Shown: positions 39,515-50,270 of the stretch, one piece after another
Layout: every line of letters begins with the position of its first letter
How positions within the stretch are numbered: the first letter of the stretch is position 1
Source of the DNA: a virus
Lineage: Duplodnaviria > Caudoviricetes
Reading direction: 5' to 3' (one strand)
DNA length: 58,833 nucleotides
IMG/VR virus record: IMGVR_UViG_3300028361_000031
Span: 1-58,833 of that record
Notes under the pieces: model-generated
Told to the model about the DNA's origin: nothing
Seen by the model: only the letters and a program-made list of their open reading frames with translations
Databases searched by the model: none
Translations under genes and position numbers: made by a program

Positions 39515-40117
39515 ATGGTAAACAACAAAGAACAAATTATAAAATTATTGGAGTTTGAAACTAAAGATGATTTTTACTATCTTCAAGTTCTTCAACGAAA
39601 AAAAGAAAATCCTGAAATCGGCAGTAAATCATATTTGGTAAAATCATATCAGATTACATCAATTAAAAATATGGAACGAAAGATGTCTGAAATTATAAAT
39701 CTATGTGAATTTCATAATGCAAGGGCATACATTAATTTAAATCGTAGAAGTTTTAGAAAAGTTGCATTTGAACTAAATCTTAAAATTGCAAATCAATTTA
39801 AGAACCAGGATTATTTATCGGTACGTAAATCATATGATTCGGTATGTGGTACATCCGAGGGTATGAATCAAAAAAACAGAAGATGGGTGGTTGATATAGA
39901 TACTCATGATGTTGAAACAATCAAAGAAATATCAGAATTTATTAATTCAATTCAACCAGTATCAAGGGATGGTGATGCGACAAGAATCATTTGTTCATTA
40001 AAAACCCTAAACGGTATTCACTTGATTACCAACTCATTCCGGCTAGATACATTCAAACAGAAGTATCCGGATGTAGACGTTCAACGTAATAATCCCACTT
40101 TGTTATACATAAGTTAG
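39515..40117 (+). CDS. conserved phage protein, possible AEP/primase-like fold
   Basis: FY.LQ..QRKKEN, RAYI.LN.RS, WVVDID, T.NGIHLIT (DxD + H). Confidence 0.5.
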   Translation: MVNNKEQIIKLLEFETKDDFYYLQVLQRKKENPEIGSKSYLVKSYQITSIKNMERKMSEIINLCEFHNARAYINLNRRSFRKVAFELNLKIANQFKNQDYLSVRKSYDSVCGTSEGMNQKNRRWVVDIDTHDVETIKEISEFINSIQPVSRDGDATRIICSLKTLNGIHLITNSFRLDTFKQKYPDVDVQRNNPTLLYIS

Positions 40118-40147
40118 TAAATTTAAAAATAATTCACATATTAGAGT

Positions 40148-40921
40148 ATGAAAATAATTAAAGATAAAACGCATAATGTATGGTTCTTTTCAGATCCCCA
40201 TTATTCTCACAAGAACATCGTGGCAGGTGTAACCGAATGGGATAAAAGTAGAGCAAATAATAGTACACGGAAGTTTGATACTATTAAACAAATGAATAGG
40301 ACAATTGTTGACAACATCAATGAAGTTGTTATGCAAAAGGATACCTTAATTTGTTTGGGTGATTGGTCATTCGGTGGGATAGAGGAAATATGGAATTTTA
40401 GACAACAGATAATCTGCGAGAAAATTATATTGGTACTTGGTAATCATGATCATCATATCAGAGATAACAAAGTTCTACCCAACGTACACCAACATAGAGA
40501 TTATGAAGGAGTACTCATCAATGGAAAAAATACAAATAGCTATGGTGATTCTCGGGATGATATGTTCGGTGTACATGCACATGACCTATTCGAATGGGTC
40601 GGGGATTACTTGGATTTGACCATCGTGGATAACACGGGTTCTAATTTAGTATCAAAGAACAGAATAAGTATGGTCTGTACACATTATCCAATGGCAAGTT
40701 GGGATAGATTGGGTAAGGGAAATATCCACCTACATGGACATATCCACACATCAAAACAATTCATAATTCCTAAGATTGGAAAAATGATGGATGTTGGTAT
40801 GGATGGAAACGATATGAAACCTTGGTCACTCGATGACGTCGTAAAACTAATGGGGAGACAAAAAATAGGTGGATTACTACAACATGGAGGTGATCACCAC
40901 ATTGACAAAGATACTCATTAA
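40148..40921 (+). CDS. calcineurin-like metallophosphoesterase
   Basis: SDPH..H, LGD, GNHD, HYP, HGHIH, DVGMD. Confidence 0.9.
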   Translation: MKIIKDKTHNVWFFSDPHYSHKNIVAGVTEWDKSRANNSTRKFDTIKQMNRTIVDNINEVVMQKDTLICLGDWSFGGIEEIWNFRQQIICEKIILVLGNHDHHIRDNKVLPNVHQHRDYEGVLINGKNTNSYGDSRDDMFGVHAHDLFEWVGDYLDLTIVDNTGSNLVSKNRISMVCTHYPMASWDRLGKGNIHLHGHIHTSKQFIIPKIGKMMDVGMDGNDMKPWSLDDVVKLMGRQKIGGLLQHGGDHHIDKDTH

Positions 40922-41001
40922 ATTATTTATTGTGAAAAAAACATGGAACGTAATAAATATTTTAATGGATTATCTTTACTAAAACTTAATAAATAATAAT
41001 C

Positions 41002-41253
41002 ATGAAACCAAAAAAATTCAAAGAAGCAACAGTAGAACTAAAAAAACCAGACTCGATGACGGATGATGAATGTGGTAGTTTATTTATACATCAATCCAAA
41101 ACTGGAGAATGTATTTCATTATGGAATACAACGTTTTGGGAACGATTAAAGTTTCTTTTTCATGGTAATCTATGGATAGGTGTGTTAAGTGGTAAAACTC
41201 AACCACCTATATGGTTGGACATGACAGAAACTGTATTTATAGATGAAAAATAA
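41002..41253 (+). CDS. hypothetical protein
   Basis: 83-aa ORF. Confidence 0.55.
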   Translation: MKPKKFKEATVELKKPDSMTDDECGSLFIHQSKTGECISLWNTTFWERLKFLFHGNLWIGVLSGKTQPPIWLDMTETVFIDEK

Positions 41254-41782
41254 TATGTGTAGTGATATAGAAATATTTGGAAAGTGGGCAGAACTAGAAG
41301 CTTTAAAGATTATTTCACAGAACTTATCTATTACTGAAATGAATCCTAGTGTTTGTAAGTATTCACCCATCGATGCGATTGTATTACAAGATAACAAATT
41401 GTACCCCATACAGATAAAAACACGATCACCCCGAGCACTGTACCGTGATATATCTTTGCCATTAAAACAATGGAAAAATTATCAAGATATTGCAGAAAAG
41501 AATACCACATATGAGTGCTTCTTAATATGTGATATGTATAACCCGCAACATGATATCGATTATAAGATGTACTCGTTCGATGTTGGTACGGTCAAATACA
41601 CAAATGGAGGTTTCAGTAGTAAGGACGGACGGGAATGTGTATTCATTAAGTTAAGGGACATGAAGGAGTACAATTGTTTTACAAGTGAGTTCCAACAAGA
41701 ACTGGAACTAAAACATATAGAATTAATACGGCCAGGTATACCTCGGAGAAATTTACAATTTTATAAAAATAAATTCCAATAA
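41243..41782 (+). CDS. PD-(D/E)XK nuclease-like protein
   Basis: G..AE...PIDAI...IQIKTR. Confidence 0.5.
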   Translation: MKNNMCSDIEIFGKWAELEALKIISQNLSITEMNPSVCKYSPIDAIVLQDNKLYPIQIKTRSPRALYRDISLPLKQWKNYQDIAEKNTTYECFLICDMYNPQHDIDYKMYSFDVGTVKYTNGGFSSKDGRECVFIKLRDMKEYNCFTSEFQQELELKHIELIRPGIPRRNLQFYKNKFQ

Positions 41783-41947
41783 CATGAAACAATACATAAA
41801 TATTTTTCTTACCGTCTGTTCTATACTTTCACTTCTATTATCGGTAATCGAAACCTTTGCAGGTAGAATAGATGAATCTATATTATTTTTAATATGGTCG
41901 ATTTATTTAAGATAGCTATCCCAAAATTAGGATAATCTAAATAAAAG

Positions 41948-42343
41948 TTGTATATTAGTACAATAATAAAAATTATCCCTAAAAAATGTATTACGGATGT
42001 GATGATGATGGAATATACACATCACGTGGAAGTACGTAAAAAAGATAATGAAGGATTAGCAAATCCCGACGTGGTGAAGGTTCGAATCTTCATCGGCCAC
42101 ACTACAGTCAATGGTAGGAAAGAGGTGTTCAATGGAGTAATCGCGGGAATGAAACGGTTTATAATAGAACCACCACAGGGATTGGATAATTCAATACTAA
42201 AGGGTATGGTTTCACAAGAACAGCACGGGTACTTTACGGTGTCTCATTTGAATAAATTACTTAGAATTAGTAATCAGTATGATATTAATTTATGTATCCC
42301 TAAGATTTGGAAAACCTTAATTACCGAATACACAAGTTTATAA
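41948..42343 (+). CDS. hypothetical protein (start likely nearer 42003)
   Basis: ORF; listed start overlaps promoter motif. Confidence 0.45.
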   Translation: MYISTIIKIIPKKCITDVMMMEYTHHVEVRKKDNEGLANPDVVKVRIFIGHTTVNGRKEVFNGVIAGMKRFIIEPPQGLDNSILKGMVSQEQHGYFTVSHLNKLLRISNQYDINLCIPKIWKTLITEYTSL

Positions 42344-42345
42344 GA

Positions 42346-43365
42346 ATGGATTTAAAAAAATTAGAACAATATTATAACGATGGGTGGTTGATAAAACAAA
42401 CACACCCCACTCTTCCGTTGACTATTTGGAACTATTCTCAAACCACGCAATTCGAACGAAACTGGGATGAGGTAACACTCGCGTGCAGGGGACTAGTAAC
42501 AGATGATAATACTGGAAACGTGGTAGCAAGACCTTTTAGGAAATTCTTTAACATAGAGGAATCTAAACATACACCTACAAAAGAATATTCAGTATTTTCA
42601 AAAATGGATGGTTCGTTGGGTATTTGTTTTTTCTATAATAATGAATGGATATTTGCATCCAGGGGTTCATTTACTTCCGATCAAGCAATAAAGGGAAAGG
42701 AATTATTAAACAAATATGATATGGAGTTGTTATCTACTGGATATACTTACTTATTTGAGATAATATTCGAATCGAACCGAATCGTGGTGTCATATGATTA
42801 TGAAGATGTCGTCTTACTTGGATGTATAGAAATTACCGATGGAACTGAAATTGATATTCATACTAATTATTATAAGGATAACTTTAACGTAGTTAAAAAA
42901 TTAAGTACTAACTTAGATTTTGTTTCACTCAAAAATTTAGATTTACCGAATGAAGAGGGATTTGTAATTCATTTTTCCAATGGTCATAGGGTAAAAATAA
43001 AATTTGAAGAATATTGCAGGTTGCACAGGATCATGACTGAAGCATCAACCACTGCAATATGGGATATTTTGAGAAATGACGATTCAATGGAAGAATTTCT
43101 AAAGGAAGTTCCGGATGAATTTTATGTAAAAATCAAAGACTTCAAAGATTCATTGGAAGATGAATATTGGGAAATCGCTGATAGGGTTAAAGGGATGTTC
43201 TCTATAATCTATAAAGATGGAATGACTCCAAGGGATTTTTCAAAAGAAGTTAGATATATCCCACAACCATATGTTACTTTATTATGGTGCCAGTTCAATA
43301 TGAAAATGAGTGGATATTCGGAATGTATCTGGAGTAGTATTAAACCTGAATATAGAAAATTATAA
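42346..43365 (+). CDS. RNA ligase 1 (T4 Rnl1/RnlA-like)
   Basis: CRGLV, RPFRKFFN, KMDGSL, SRGSFTS, FEII, EEGFV, RVKIK. Confidence 0.9.
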   Translation: MDLKKLEQYYNDGWLIKQTHPTLPLTIWNYSQTTQFERNWDEVTLACRGLVTDDNTGNVVARPFRKFFNIEESKHTPTKEYSVFSKMDGSLGICFFYNNEWIFASRGSFTSDQAIKGKELLNKYDMELLSTGYTYLFEIIFESNRIVVSYDYEDVVLLGCIEITDGTEIDIHTNYYKDNFNVVKKLSTNLDFVSLKNLDLPNEEGFVIHFSNGHRVKIKFEEYCRLHRIMTEASTTAIWDILRNDDSMEEFLKEVPDEFYVKIKDFKDSLEDEYWEIADRVKGMFSIIYKDGMTPRDFSKEVRYIPQPYVTLLWCQFNMKMSGYSECIWSSIKPEYRKL

Positions 43366-43368
43366 ATT

Positions 43369-43731
43369 ATGGCAGTGATCAGTATAGATTATAATGAACC
43401 GAACGTAAATGAATATCTGGCCGTAAAATTATCCAATCCAGAAGGATCAGCTGGTAGTTGGAATTCTGGTGATTTCGTAAAGGATTGGTATGATTGCATG
43501 AAGTTTATACTTACGGGCAAAATAGGTGAATATTTTTTTGTAATTCATTCGTCTAGTGTAGATCATTTTATAATGGATGATATATCTGATAAATACGAAA
43601 GCTGTTGGTTGGTGACAAGTAAAGATCCCGTAGAATTTGTGAAGAAACATTCAGGAGAAGGAATCGAGTTCTTCGTTAATAAAGGATGGAGCGGAACTTG
43701 GGAAGAATTTAAAGATAAATACGAAAACTAA
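43369..43731 (+). CDS. hypothetical protein
   Basis: 120-aa ORF. Confidence 0.55.
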   Translation: MAVISIDYNEPNVNEYLAVKLSNPEGSAGSWNSGDFVKDWYDCMKFILTGKIGEYFFVIHSSSVDHFIMDDISDKYESCWLVTSKDPVEFVKKHSGEGIEFFVNKGWSGTWEEFKDKYEN

Positions 43732-43735
43732 GAAT

Positions 43736-43966
43736 ATGAAAGCACAACAAGCACAAGATATAACAAATACCATCAATGACCGTTTAGATACTGATAATTA
43801 TAAACATATTATTGAAAAAATAACAAGTTCTGCTAGTTCGGGTAATTATACCGTGGGTATCACGAGTATACGAGAAAATACAATAGCAGCATTAAAGAAA
43901 GATGGATATAAAGTAATAGTGGATCCGGATCCTCGGGACTATGGTTATACGATATCATGGAAATAA
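43736..43966 (+). CDS. hypothetical protein
   Basis: 76-aa ORF. Confidence 0.5.
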   Translation: MKAQQAQDITNTINDRLDTDNYKHIIEKITSSASSGNYTVGITSIRENTIAALKKDGYKVIVDPDPRDYGYTISWK

Positions 43967-44072
43967 ATCTTAAATTTTAACAGTTAGAATTTGGTAGTTC
44001 AGTTAATTATTTGTATATTAGAGTATTGATAAAAAATGGGTTATGTGAATATCCCGAAAATAAAGATTAATT

Positions 44073-44255
44073 ATGAAAACTAGATTAAAATATTTGTTAA
44101 TATCGATTGTATCCTTCATAGGAGCCATTGCCATTTCTTCATATCAACTAATTACAGATACACCATTTGATTCGGTATATTATTTACAAGTAGTTCTATT
44201 GGTTATAGGTTGGATATTCTTAATTAAAATGAAACCAATAAAATCGATAAAGTAA
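44073..44255 (+). CDS. small membrane protein
   Basis: Two hydrophobic segments. Confidence 0.5.
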   Translation: MKTRLKYLLISIVSFIGAIAISSYQLITDTPFDSVYYLQVVLLVIGWIFLIKMKPIKSIK

Positions 44256-44277
44256 AAAAAGAAATAACACGTAGAAA

Positions 44278-44607
44278 ATGAATGAACTATATGTAGAATC
44301 GATACACCGTAATGCAATACAGGGTGATACCTCTTTTACGGAAACGGGATTTTGGGGAAGTACTCCATCATACTCACAAGCGGAAGTCCGAAAGATTTGG
44401 TTCGATGGTATCAAATCAGGTATACGGACTGGGTTACATAAAGCCAGTTTACCCAGCCAGAAAATAGAACTCACATCAAGTATAAAGAATAATAATCAAC
44501 GTGAATTTATAGAGAAATTCTACGAATTATGTGAAAATCACAATTGTGCGATAGTATTCCATCCAGAACATGGTATGGTTATATCGGATTTGAACAAAAA
44601 TATATAG
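44278..44607 (+). CDS. hypothetical protein
   Basis: 109-aa ORF. Confidence 0.5.
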   Translation: MNELYVESIHRNAIQGDTSFTETGFWGSTPSYSQAEVRKIWFDGIKSGIRTGLHKASLPSQKIELTSSIKNNNQREFIEKFYELCENHNCAIVFHPEHGMVISDLNKNI

Positions 44608-44610
44608 AAA

Positions 44611-45696
44611 ATGGAAAGAAAACTTGCAACATTAAGAATAGTATCAAAGTTAGAACCAATTGAGGGAGCTGATAGGATTGAACTTGCAACCGTAGATGGT
44701 TGGAAAGTTGTAGTTGCAAAGGATGTAGGTCATAAAGTAGGTGATATGGTTGTTTATTGTGAAATAGATTCATTTCTGCCGATTAGACCAGAATATGAGT
44801 TTCTACGTAAAACCTCATTCAAAAAAATGGGGGATTTCGAAGGATTCAGATTAAAAACTACAAAGTTCCGCGGCACAATCTCCAATGGATTGATATTACC
44901 ATTGCATGCATTAGAGAATGATAATAAAATGAAAATCGGAGTTTCAAGACAACCACATGGTGATCAATTACAATTGGGGCCGTATGATGATGCATTTATA
45001 ATAGAAGTGGGGGCTGATGTAACAGAGTTATTAGGTATCGTTAAATACGACCCACCGATGCCTGCATGCCTAAATGCGGTTGCAAAGGGGTATTTTCCTG
45101 GGTTCATCCCAAAAAGTGATGAAATCAGATGCCAAAATTTTACTGCATCCGAATACGAATCATTGAGGGAAAAGGAATATTATGTTGCGGAAAAGTTGGA
45201 TGGAAGTTCAGTAACCTTTTTCTTGCATGATAACGAATTCGGTGTATGTTCACGAAATTTAGAATTAATAGAGGATGATACTAATTCAATTTGGAAAGTT
45301 GCAAGGGAACTGAAAATTGAAGAAAAATTAAGAGGATGTGGTATACCCGGAATCATGATACAGGGTGAAATAATCGGTGAGGGAATCCAGAAAAATTCAT
45401 ATAAGATAAAGGGGCAGACTGTTAAGTTCTTCACCGCGTATAACATTGGGAATCGTTCTCGTTATAAATTCAATAGATTTGAAGAAATTATCAGAGATTT
45501 GGGATTAGAAACTGTACCCATATTATCACAAAATATAAAATTACCTGATAATATTGAGGATTTGGTTAAAAGTGCAGACGGTAAATCAATATTGAATAAA
45601 AATACAAACCGTGAGGGATTGGTATATCGTAGTTTAGATGGTGAAATTTCATTTAAATGCATAGGAAATGAATTTTTAATTAAAGAAACGGATTAA
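44611..45696 (+). CDS. RNA ligase, DRB0094 family
   Basis: RKLA..I.PIEGADRIE, YCEIDSFLP, EKLDGSS, VCSRN, QGE..G, REGLV, SFK. Confidence 0.9.
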   Translation: MERKLATLRIVSKLEPIEGADRIELATVDGWKVVVAKDVGHKVGDMVVYCEIDSFLPIRPEYEFLRKTSFKKMGDFEGFRLKTTKFRGTISNGLILPLHALENDNKMKIGVSRQPHGDQLQLGPYDDAFIIEVGADVTELLGIVKYDPPMPACLNAVAKGYFPGFIPKSDEIRCQNFTASEYESLREKEYYVAEKLDGSSVTFFLHDNEFGVCSRNLELIEDDTNSIWKVARELKIEEKLRGCGIPGIMIQGEIIGEGIQKNSYKIKGQTVKFFTAYNIGNRSRYKFNRFEEIIRDLGLETVPILSQNIKLPDNIEDLVKSADGKSILNKNTNREGLVYRSLDGEISFKCIGNEFLIKETD

Positions 45697-46200
45697 ATTA
45701 TGATGGATACATACATTTATAACGACACACGTAGGTCCGTGGAAAAAAAAATGCAAGAAACTATATAAAAAAGGATTCTTCGATAGATTTTGGAATAAAG
45801 AAGTTGATCCTATAATGAAAATGAGGTTTAGTAAAATACAAGATTGGTTAAATGAGTAGAAGAGAAATAAAACTAACATATGAAAGAATGGGCCACGTAA
45901 GGGAAATGTTGGCTCGGTGCTTACATACTGGAACTACCGAATTCCTATTACGTATATATGAAACCGGATGTTACACAAGTGATGATCGAAGCCGATTAAA
46001 TATAATCGTGGAGAAATTTAATAAAGAGAATGATTAAGATGGAAGAAGAAACTAAATTATTAATAGAACAATGTTATGTATTAGCAGAGGATTTCGAAGA
46101 TTTTTATGGAATGATTAAAAACCTATTAAAATGAGTAAACTTTAACAAAAATTTAACAAAATATACACACTATATTTGGAACACCAACATATTTATATGT

Positions 46201-46857
46201 ATGGTAATATACAAGACAACAAATTTAATCAATGGCAAAATCTACGTTGGTAAGGATACAAAAAACAAACCAAGTTATATTGGTTCTGGAAAGATATTAA
46301 AACAGGCCATAAAAAAACACGGTAAAGAAAACTTTAAGAAAGAAATACTGGAATATTGTAATGATATGGTAGAATTGGAACAACGTGAGATATACTGGAT
46401 ATCCAAATTGAATTCAATATCCAATGGATACAATATAACAGAGGGAGGGACAGGTGGTGATACGTGGACTAATAATGATATATCTACACATTGGAATACC
46501 GGAAAGACTCCGTGGAACAAAGGTATTCCAATATCAGATGAAATGAAATCTCGGATCAGTGAAACTAAAAAAGGAAACTCAAAGTCCAATTCGGGATCAT
46601 ATAAAAAAGGCAAGGAAAATCGTCATTTCGGAAAAAAACAAAAAGATAGTACTGTAAATAAACGTGTTAACACTAGAAGAAAAAATGGGTCGTATGTGGG
46701 TATAGGTATATTCAAACCAAAAGGAGTAAGACACATTACAGATAATATAGAATTCAATTCAATAAAAGAAGCAGCAGAACATTACGGTATCACTAGAGAT
46801 AGAGTGGGATATAGTTGTAGAACAGAATGGAAAAATGGTAAATTCAGATTTATATGA
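46201..46857 (+). CDS. GIY-YIG homing endonuclease
   Basis: VIYKTTN..NGKIYVGK..YIGSG..E..GYNITEGG; PWNKG, NUMOD1 tail. Confidence 0.88.
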   Translation: MVIYKTTNLINGKIYVGKDTKNKPSYIGSGKILKQAIKKHGKENFKKEILEYCNDMVELEQREIYWISKLNSISNGYNITEGGTGGDTWTNNDISTHWNTGKTPWNKGIPISDEMKSRISETKKGNSKSNSGSYKKGKENRHFGKKQKDSTVNKRVNTRRKNGSYVGIGIFKPKGVRHITDNIEFNSIKEAAEHYGITRDRVGYSCRTEWKNGKFRFI

Positions 46858-47738
46858 TCGAAGAAATAAAAAAAAGAAATAAAGTAGTTAGTTTTTCACA
46901 ATATACAATGTTTAGTTCTTGTAAGAAAAAATATAAGTTAAGGTATATTGATAAATTAGCTAAAGGTAGTGGTAATGTGCATAGTGTTTTCGGAACTGCT
47001 ATACACGAAACTATACAAAGTTTCCTAAAGGTAATGTACGGTGAAAGTAAGAAAGCCGCTTTGAATATCAATCTGGATTCTTTATTGTATGAGAATTTAA
47101 TAATAGCATTTCAAACCGACCAAAAAAAAATGGATGGTGCACTGCCGTGTACCAAGGAAGAACTTATAGAATTCTACGAGGACGGTCAAAATATACTACA
47201 GTATTTTACAGGTAAATTAAATAAGTTCTACCCGAAACAGGGATATGAATTAGTTGCCATAGAATATAGAATCGAGGAAGAATTAAAACCTGGAGTTATA
47301 TTCTGGGGATTCATAGATGTGGTATTACGTGATAATATTTCAGGCAAGATAATAGTAATCGATTTAAAAACATCCACCAAAGGCTGGGGTTCATATAAGA
47401 AGAACGATAAAATCGGTACATCACAAGTACTGTTATACAAAAAACTATATTCTGAAAAGGAGGATATTCCACTTAATGATATAAGTGTGGAGTATCAGAT
47501 TATGAAACGTAAGTTACCTCAAAATTCAGAATGGCCGATTCCAAGAATTTCCAAGTTCGTACCCGCTAACGGAAAACCATCGGTAAACAAAGCATGGAAT
47601 TCATTTATGGAATTCGTAGATTATGTATTCGATGGAGAAGGTAACTACCGTACAGAAAATTTATTTGAAGCAAGCCCTTCCAAACTTTGTGATTGGTGTT
47701 TTTTCAAAACTTCTGGACATTGTGATTCATGGAGATAA
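46854..47738 (+). CDS. PD-(D/E)XK (RecB/Cas4-like) exonuclease
   Basis: SFSQ..C, FGTAIHE, GFIDVV..IDLKTS, Q..LY, CDWC..C. Confidence 0.85.
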   Translation: MIEEIKKRNKVVSFSQYTMFSSCKKKYKLRYIDKLAKGSGNVHSVFGTAIHETIQSFLKVMYGESKKAALNINLDSLLYENLIIAFQTDQKKMDGALPCTKEELIEFYEDGQNILQYFTGKLNKFYPKQGYELVAIEYRIEEELKPGVIFWGFIDVVLRDNISGKIIVIDLKTSTKGWGSYKKNDKIGTSQVLLYKKLYSEKEDIPLNDISVEYQIMKRKLPQNSEWPIPRISKFVPANGKPSVNKAWNSFMEFVDYVFDGEGNYRTENLFEASPSKLCDWCFFKTSGHCDSWR

Positions 47739-47756
47739 TCGATCAAATAAAAATAT

Positions 47757-48059
47757 ATGGATATAATAGAACTAGAAAAAAAAAGAATGGAACGGTCATT
47801 AAAAACATTCCCCCATGCTACCCCACGTGGTTCATTGGAAAGGGCTAAAGAAGAGATTAAGGAAATTCAAGAATATATTGACAATGGGGTAAAAGACCCA
47901 TATGAATATCTCGATGCAATTATGTGTATATTTGATGTCGCAGGCAGGATGGGTATTAGTGCCAGAGAAGTAATGATTGCGTATGAACTGAAACTCGATA
48001 TCAACACAAAACGTACTTGGAACAGGAATCCAGACAACAGTTATTCCCACAAAAAATAA
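47757..48059 (+). CDS. DUF550 / MazG-fold dNTP pyrophosphohydrolase-like protein
   Basis: S..TF..G.L..KEEI.E...EY.D...KL.IN..R.W. Confidence 0.6.
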   Translation: MDIIELEKKRMERSLKTFPHATPRGSLERAKEEIKEIQEYIDNGVKDPYEYLDAIMCIFDVAGRMGISAREVMIAYELKLDINTKRTWNRNPDNSYSHKK

Positions 48060-48145
48060 ACTTCATAATTTATTTACGTTTTTCTAAAACGTATATATGT
48101 ATATACGACCAATATATAAGTATATATTAATTATGAAAAAATGAC

Positions 48146-48346
48146 ATGGCAAAAACAGAAACAAAATTAACTTCTGTAAAGATTATTAAGGACATTTACA
48201 GTAGGTTTAAGAAATTATCTTTTGAAAGTAATTTGACATTACAAAAACTAGTCAACCGCTCGTTGACAAAATATGTAGAAGATGAAACCTTCCGAGTAGA
48301 AATAAAGGAATATACGGAACTAGAAACTTCTGGTTCACAATTTTAA
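48146..48346 (+). CDS. ribbon-helix-helix-like DNA-binding protein
   Basis: LTSVKI..Y..FK..LQKLVNRS. Confidence 0.55.
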   Translation: MAKTETKLTSVKIIKDIYSRFKKLSFESNLTLQKLVNRSLTKYVEDETFRVEIKEYTELETSGSQF

Positions 48347-48353
48347 AAAACAA

Positions 48354-48914
48354 ATGAAGTTACGTAATTTACTACCAAAATCCTTATTAAAAGAGGGTGT
48401 AAAACATAAGTTTGGATATATAGCGTTATTTTTCACATTTACCGAAATGAAAAAAATACATTCGGTAATTGATTCTAATGATATATTCATAGATGATGAT
48501 GATGATGATTCATTTGGATTAGAAACAGAACCGCATACAACTCTTTTATATGGGATACACGAGGAAGTTTCCGTGCAAGATGTAGAGGATATTCTAAATA
48601 AATACACATACTATACGTGTGAAGTAAGTAACCCATCATTATTTGAAAGTGATAAATACGATGTATTAAAATTTGATGTTACAGGAGACAACCTCCATGA
48701 AACAAACGGTGATTTAAAATCATTACCACATACATCAAGTTATCCGAAATACCATCCACACTTAACGATTGGATATGTAAATCCAGGTAAAGGAAAGAAA
48801 TACGTAGATAAATTGAACAAAATTGGACAAAACTCATTTTGGTTAACACCACAGTACGTTGTGTTTTCACGAGCAAACGGTAAAAAAACAAAAATTAAAA
48901 TAAGAATAGATTGA
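48354..48914 (+). CDS. 2H phosphodiesterase, Acb1/T4 gp57B-like
   Basis: Two HxT motifs: EPHTTLLYG and YHPHLTIGY. Confidence 0.75.
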   Translation: MKLRNLLPKSLLKEGVKHKFGYIALFFTFTEMKKIHSVIDSNDIFIDDDDDDSFGLETEPHTTLLYGIHEEVSVQDVEDILNKYTYYTCEVSNPSLFESDKYDVLKFDVTGDNLHETNGDLKSLPHTSSYPKYHPHLTIGYVNPGKGKKYVDKLNKIGQNSFWLTPQYVVFSRANGKKTKIKIRID

Positions 48915-48940
48915 TATGGCACTAAATAAAGTAAATTAAA

Positions 48941-49510
48941 ATGAATAAAGACAATTTTGGTAGTAATGGTAAAAAATGTATTTTGTTGCTGAGTGATGAT
49001 TTAAGAATGGCAAGTGGTATAGCTACGATGTCGAAGGAATTCGTACTAGGTACACTTGATAAATATAACTGGGTTCAGTTGGGTGCAGCGATTGACCATC
49101 CCGACCAAGGGAAGGAGTTGGATATGAATGATGATGTTAGGAAATCAACAGGAATTAAGGATGCAGAACTTAGATTGATCCCATGGAGTGGATATGGTGA
49201 TGCAAATATCCTACGCCAACTTATAATGAAATACAGACCAGATGCAATACTACACTTTACTGATCCGAGGTATTTTTATTGGTTATACGAAATTGAGGCT
49301 GAAATTAGGGAGAACATTCCAATACTATACTATACTATTTGGGATAATGTGGGAACACCGGAAACCGATTGGGCAGGTGATCCTGATTACAATTCAGAGT
49401 ATTACTCATCATGTGATGGGTTATTCTGTATCTCCCGACAGACGTATGGAATGGTTAATCGGGTAATATCAAAAAAATATGGAGATGAGTTAGAAATTGT
49501 TAATAACTAA
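48941..49510 (+). CDS. GT-B glycosyltransferase, N-terminal half
   Basis: LLLSDD..SGIAT, PDAILHFTDPR, IWDN, CISRQT. Confidence 0.75.
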   Translation: MNKDNFGSNGKKCILLLSDDLRMASGIATMSKEFVLGTLDKYNWVQLGAAIDHPDQGKELDMNDDVRKSTGIKDAELRLIPWSGYGDANILRQLIMKYRPDAILHFTDPRYFYWLYEIEAEIRENIPILYYTIWDNVGTPETDWAGDPDYNSEYYSSCDGLFCISRQTYGMVNRVISKKYGDELEIVNN

Positions 49511-49576
49511 TTGAACTTATTTGAATGTTTTTTAGGTTTTTTTGATTGTTTTTTTGTTTTTCTTATATTCATATGT

Positions 49577-50134
49577 ATGAAGCATTATGTATATAGATTA
49601 GAAGATCCGATAACTAATGAATTTTACATTGGAAGTAGAAGCTGTAAATGTGATATAAAAGATGATCCTTATATGGGTAGCTATTATACTTGGAAGCCAG
49701 AAGACAAATCAATCTTGGTAAAAACAATATTAAAATCAAATTTTAGAAAACGAGAAACTTGCATAAAATACGAAGCTAAAATTATTAAAGAAAATATTGA
49801 TACTAAATTAAACAGGAATTATCACATTCCGAAAGCTGGATTTCATACTATGGGAAAATCATGTAGTGATGAAACCCGTAAAAAGTTAAGTAATATAATA
49901 TTAAATAATTTAGAAGAACACCGAGCACGGGTAAAAAAGTACCATGCTGATGTTAGAGGTGAAATGAACCCCTTTTACGGAAAACATCATACGGATAAAA
50001 CTAAATTAAATCATAGTAAATTTATGAAATCACAACCATCTATTAAATGTCCTTATTGTGATAAAGTTGGAGGGAATGGTATAATGCAACGTTGGCACTT
50101 TGATAATTGCAAATTAAAAAATAAAAATGACTAG
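49577..50134 (+). CDS. GIY-YIG homing endonuclease inside split glycosyltransferase
   Basis: HYVY...FYIGSR...YMGS; NPFYGKHHT (NUMOD3); CPYC..RWHFDNC. Confidence 0.85.
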   Translation: MKHYVYRLEDPITNEFYIGSRSCKCDIKDDPYMGSYYTWKPEDKSILVKTILKSNFRKRETCIKYEAKIIKENIDTKLNRNYHIPKAGFHTMGKSCSDETRKKLSNIILNNLEEHRARVKKYHADVRGEMNPFYGKHHTDKTKLNHSKFMKSQPSIKCPYCDKVGGNGIMQRWHFDNCKLKNKND

Positions 50135-50270
50135 ATACACAGTAAATATAAAAGAAGAAGCATATTCAAAGATAAGGGAATATTGTAAAGAAAATGCATT
50201 AAAAATTAATGGTTGGGTAGAAAAAATACTAATGGATAAATTAGATGAAATTAACAAGAAAACATTATGA
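50127..50270 (+). CDS. small RHH-like protein (47 aa, not in ORF track)
   Basis: MTRYTVNIKEEAYSKIREYCKENALKINGWVEKIL...; overlaps flanking stop/start codons. Confidence 0.5.
   Translation: MTRYTVNIKEEAYSKIREYCKENALKINGWVEKILMDKLDEINKKTL

Noticed and set aside
46854-47738. Cas4 as part of a CRISPR system
   Set aside because: Stand-alone PD-(D/E)XK exonuclease common in phages; no array or cas1/cas2
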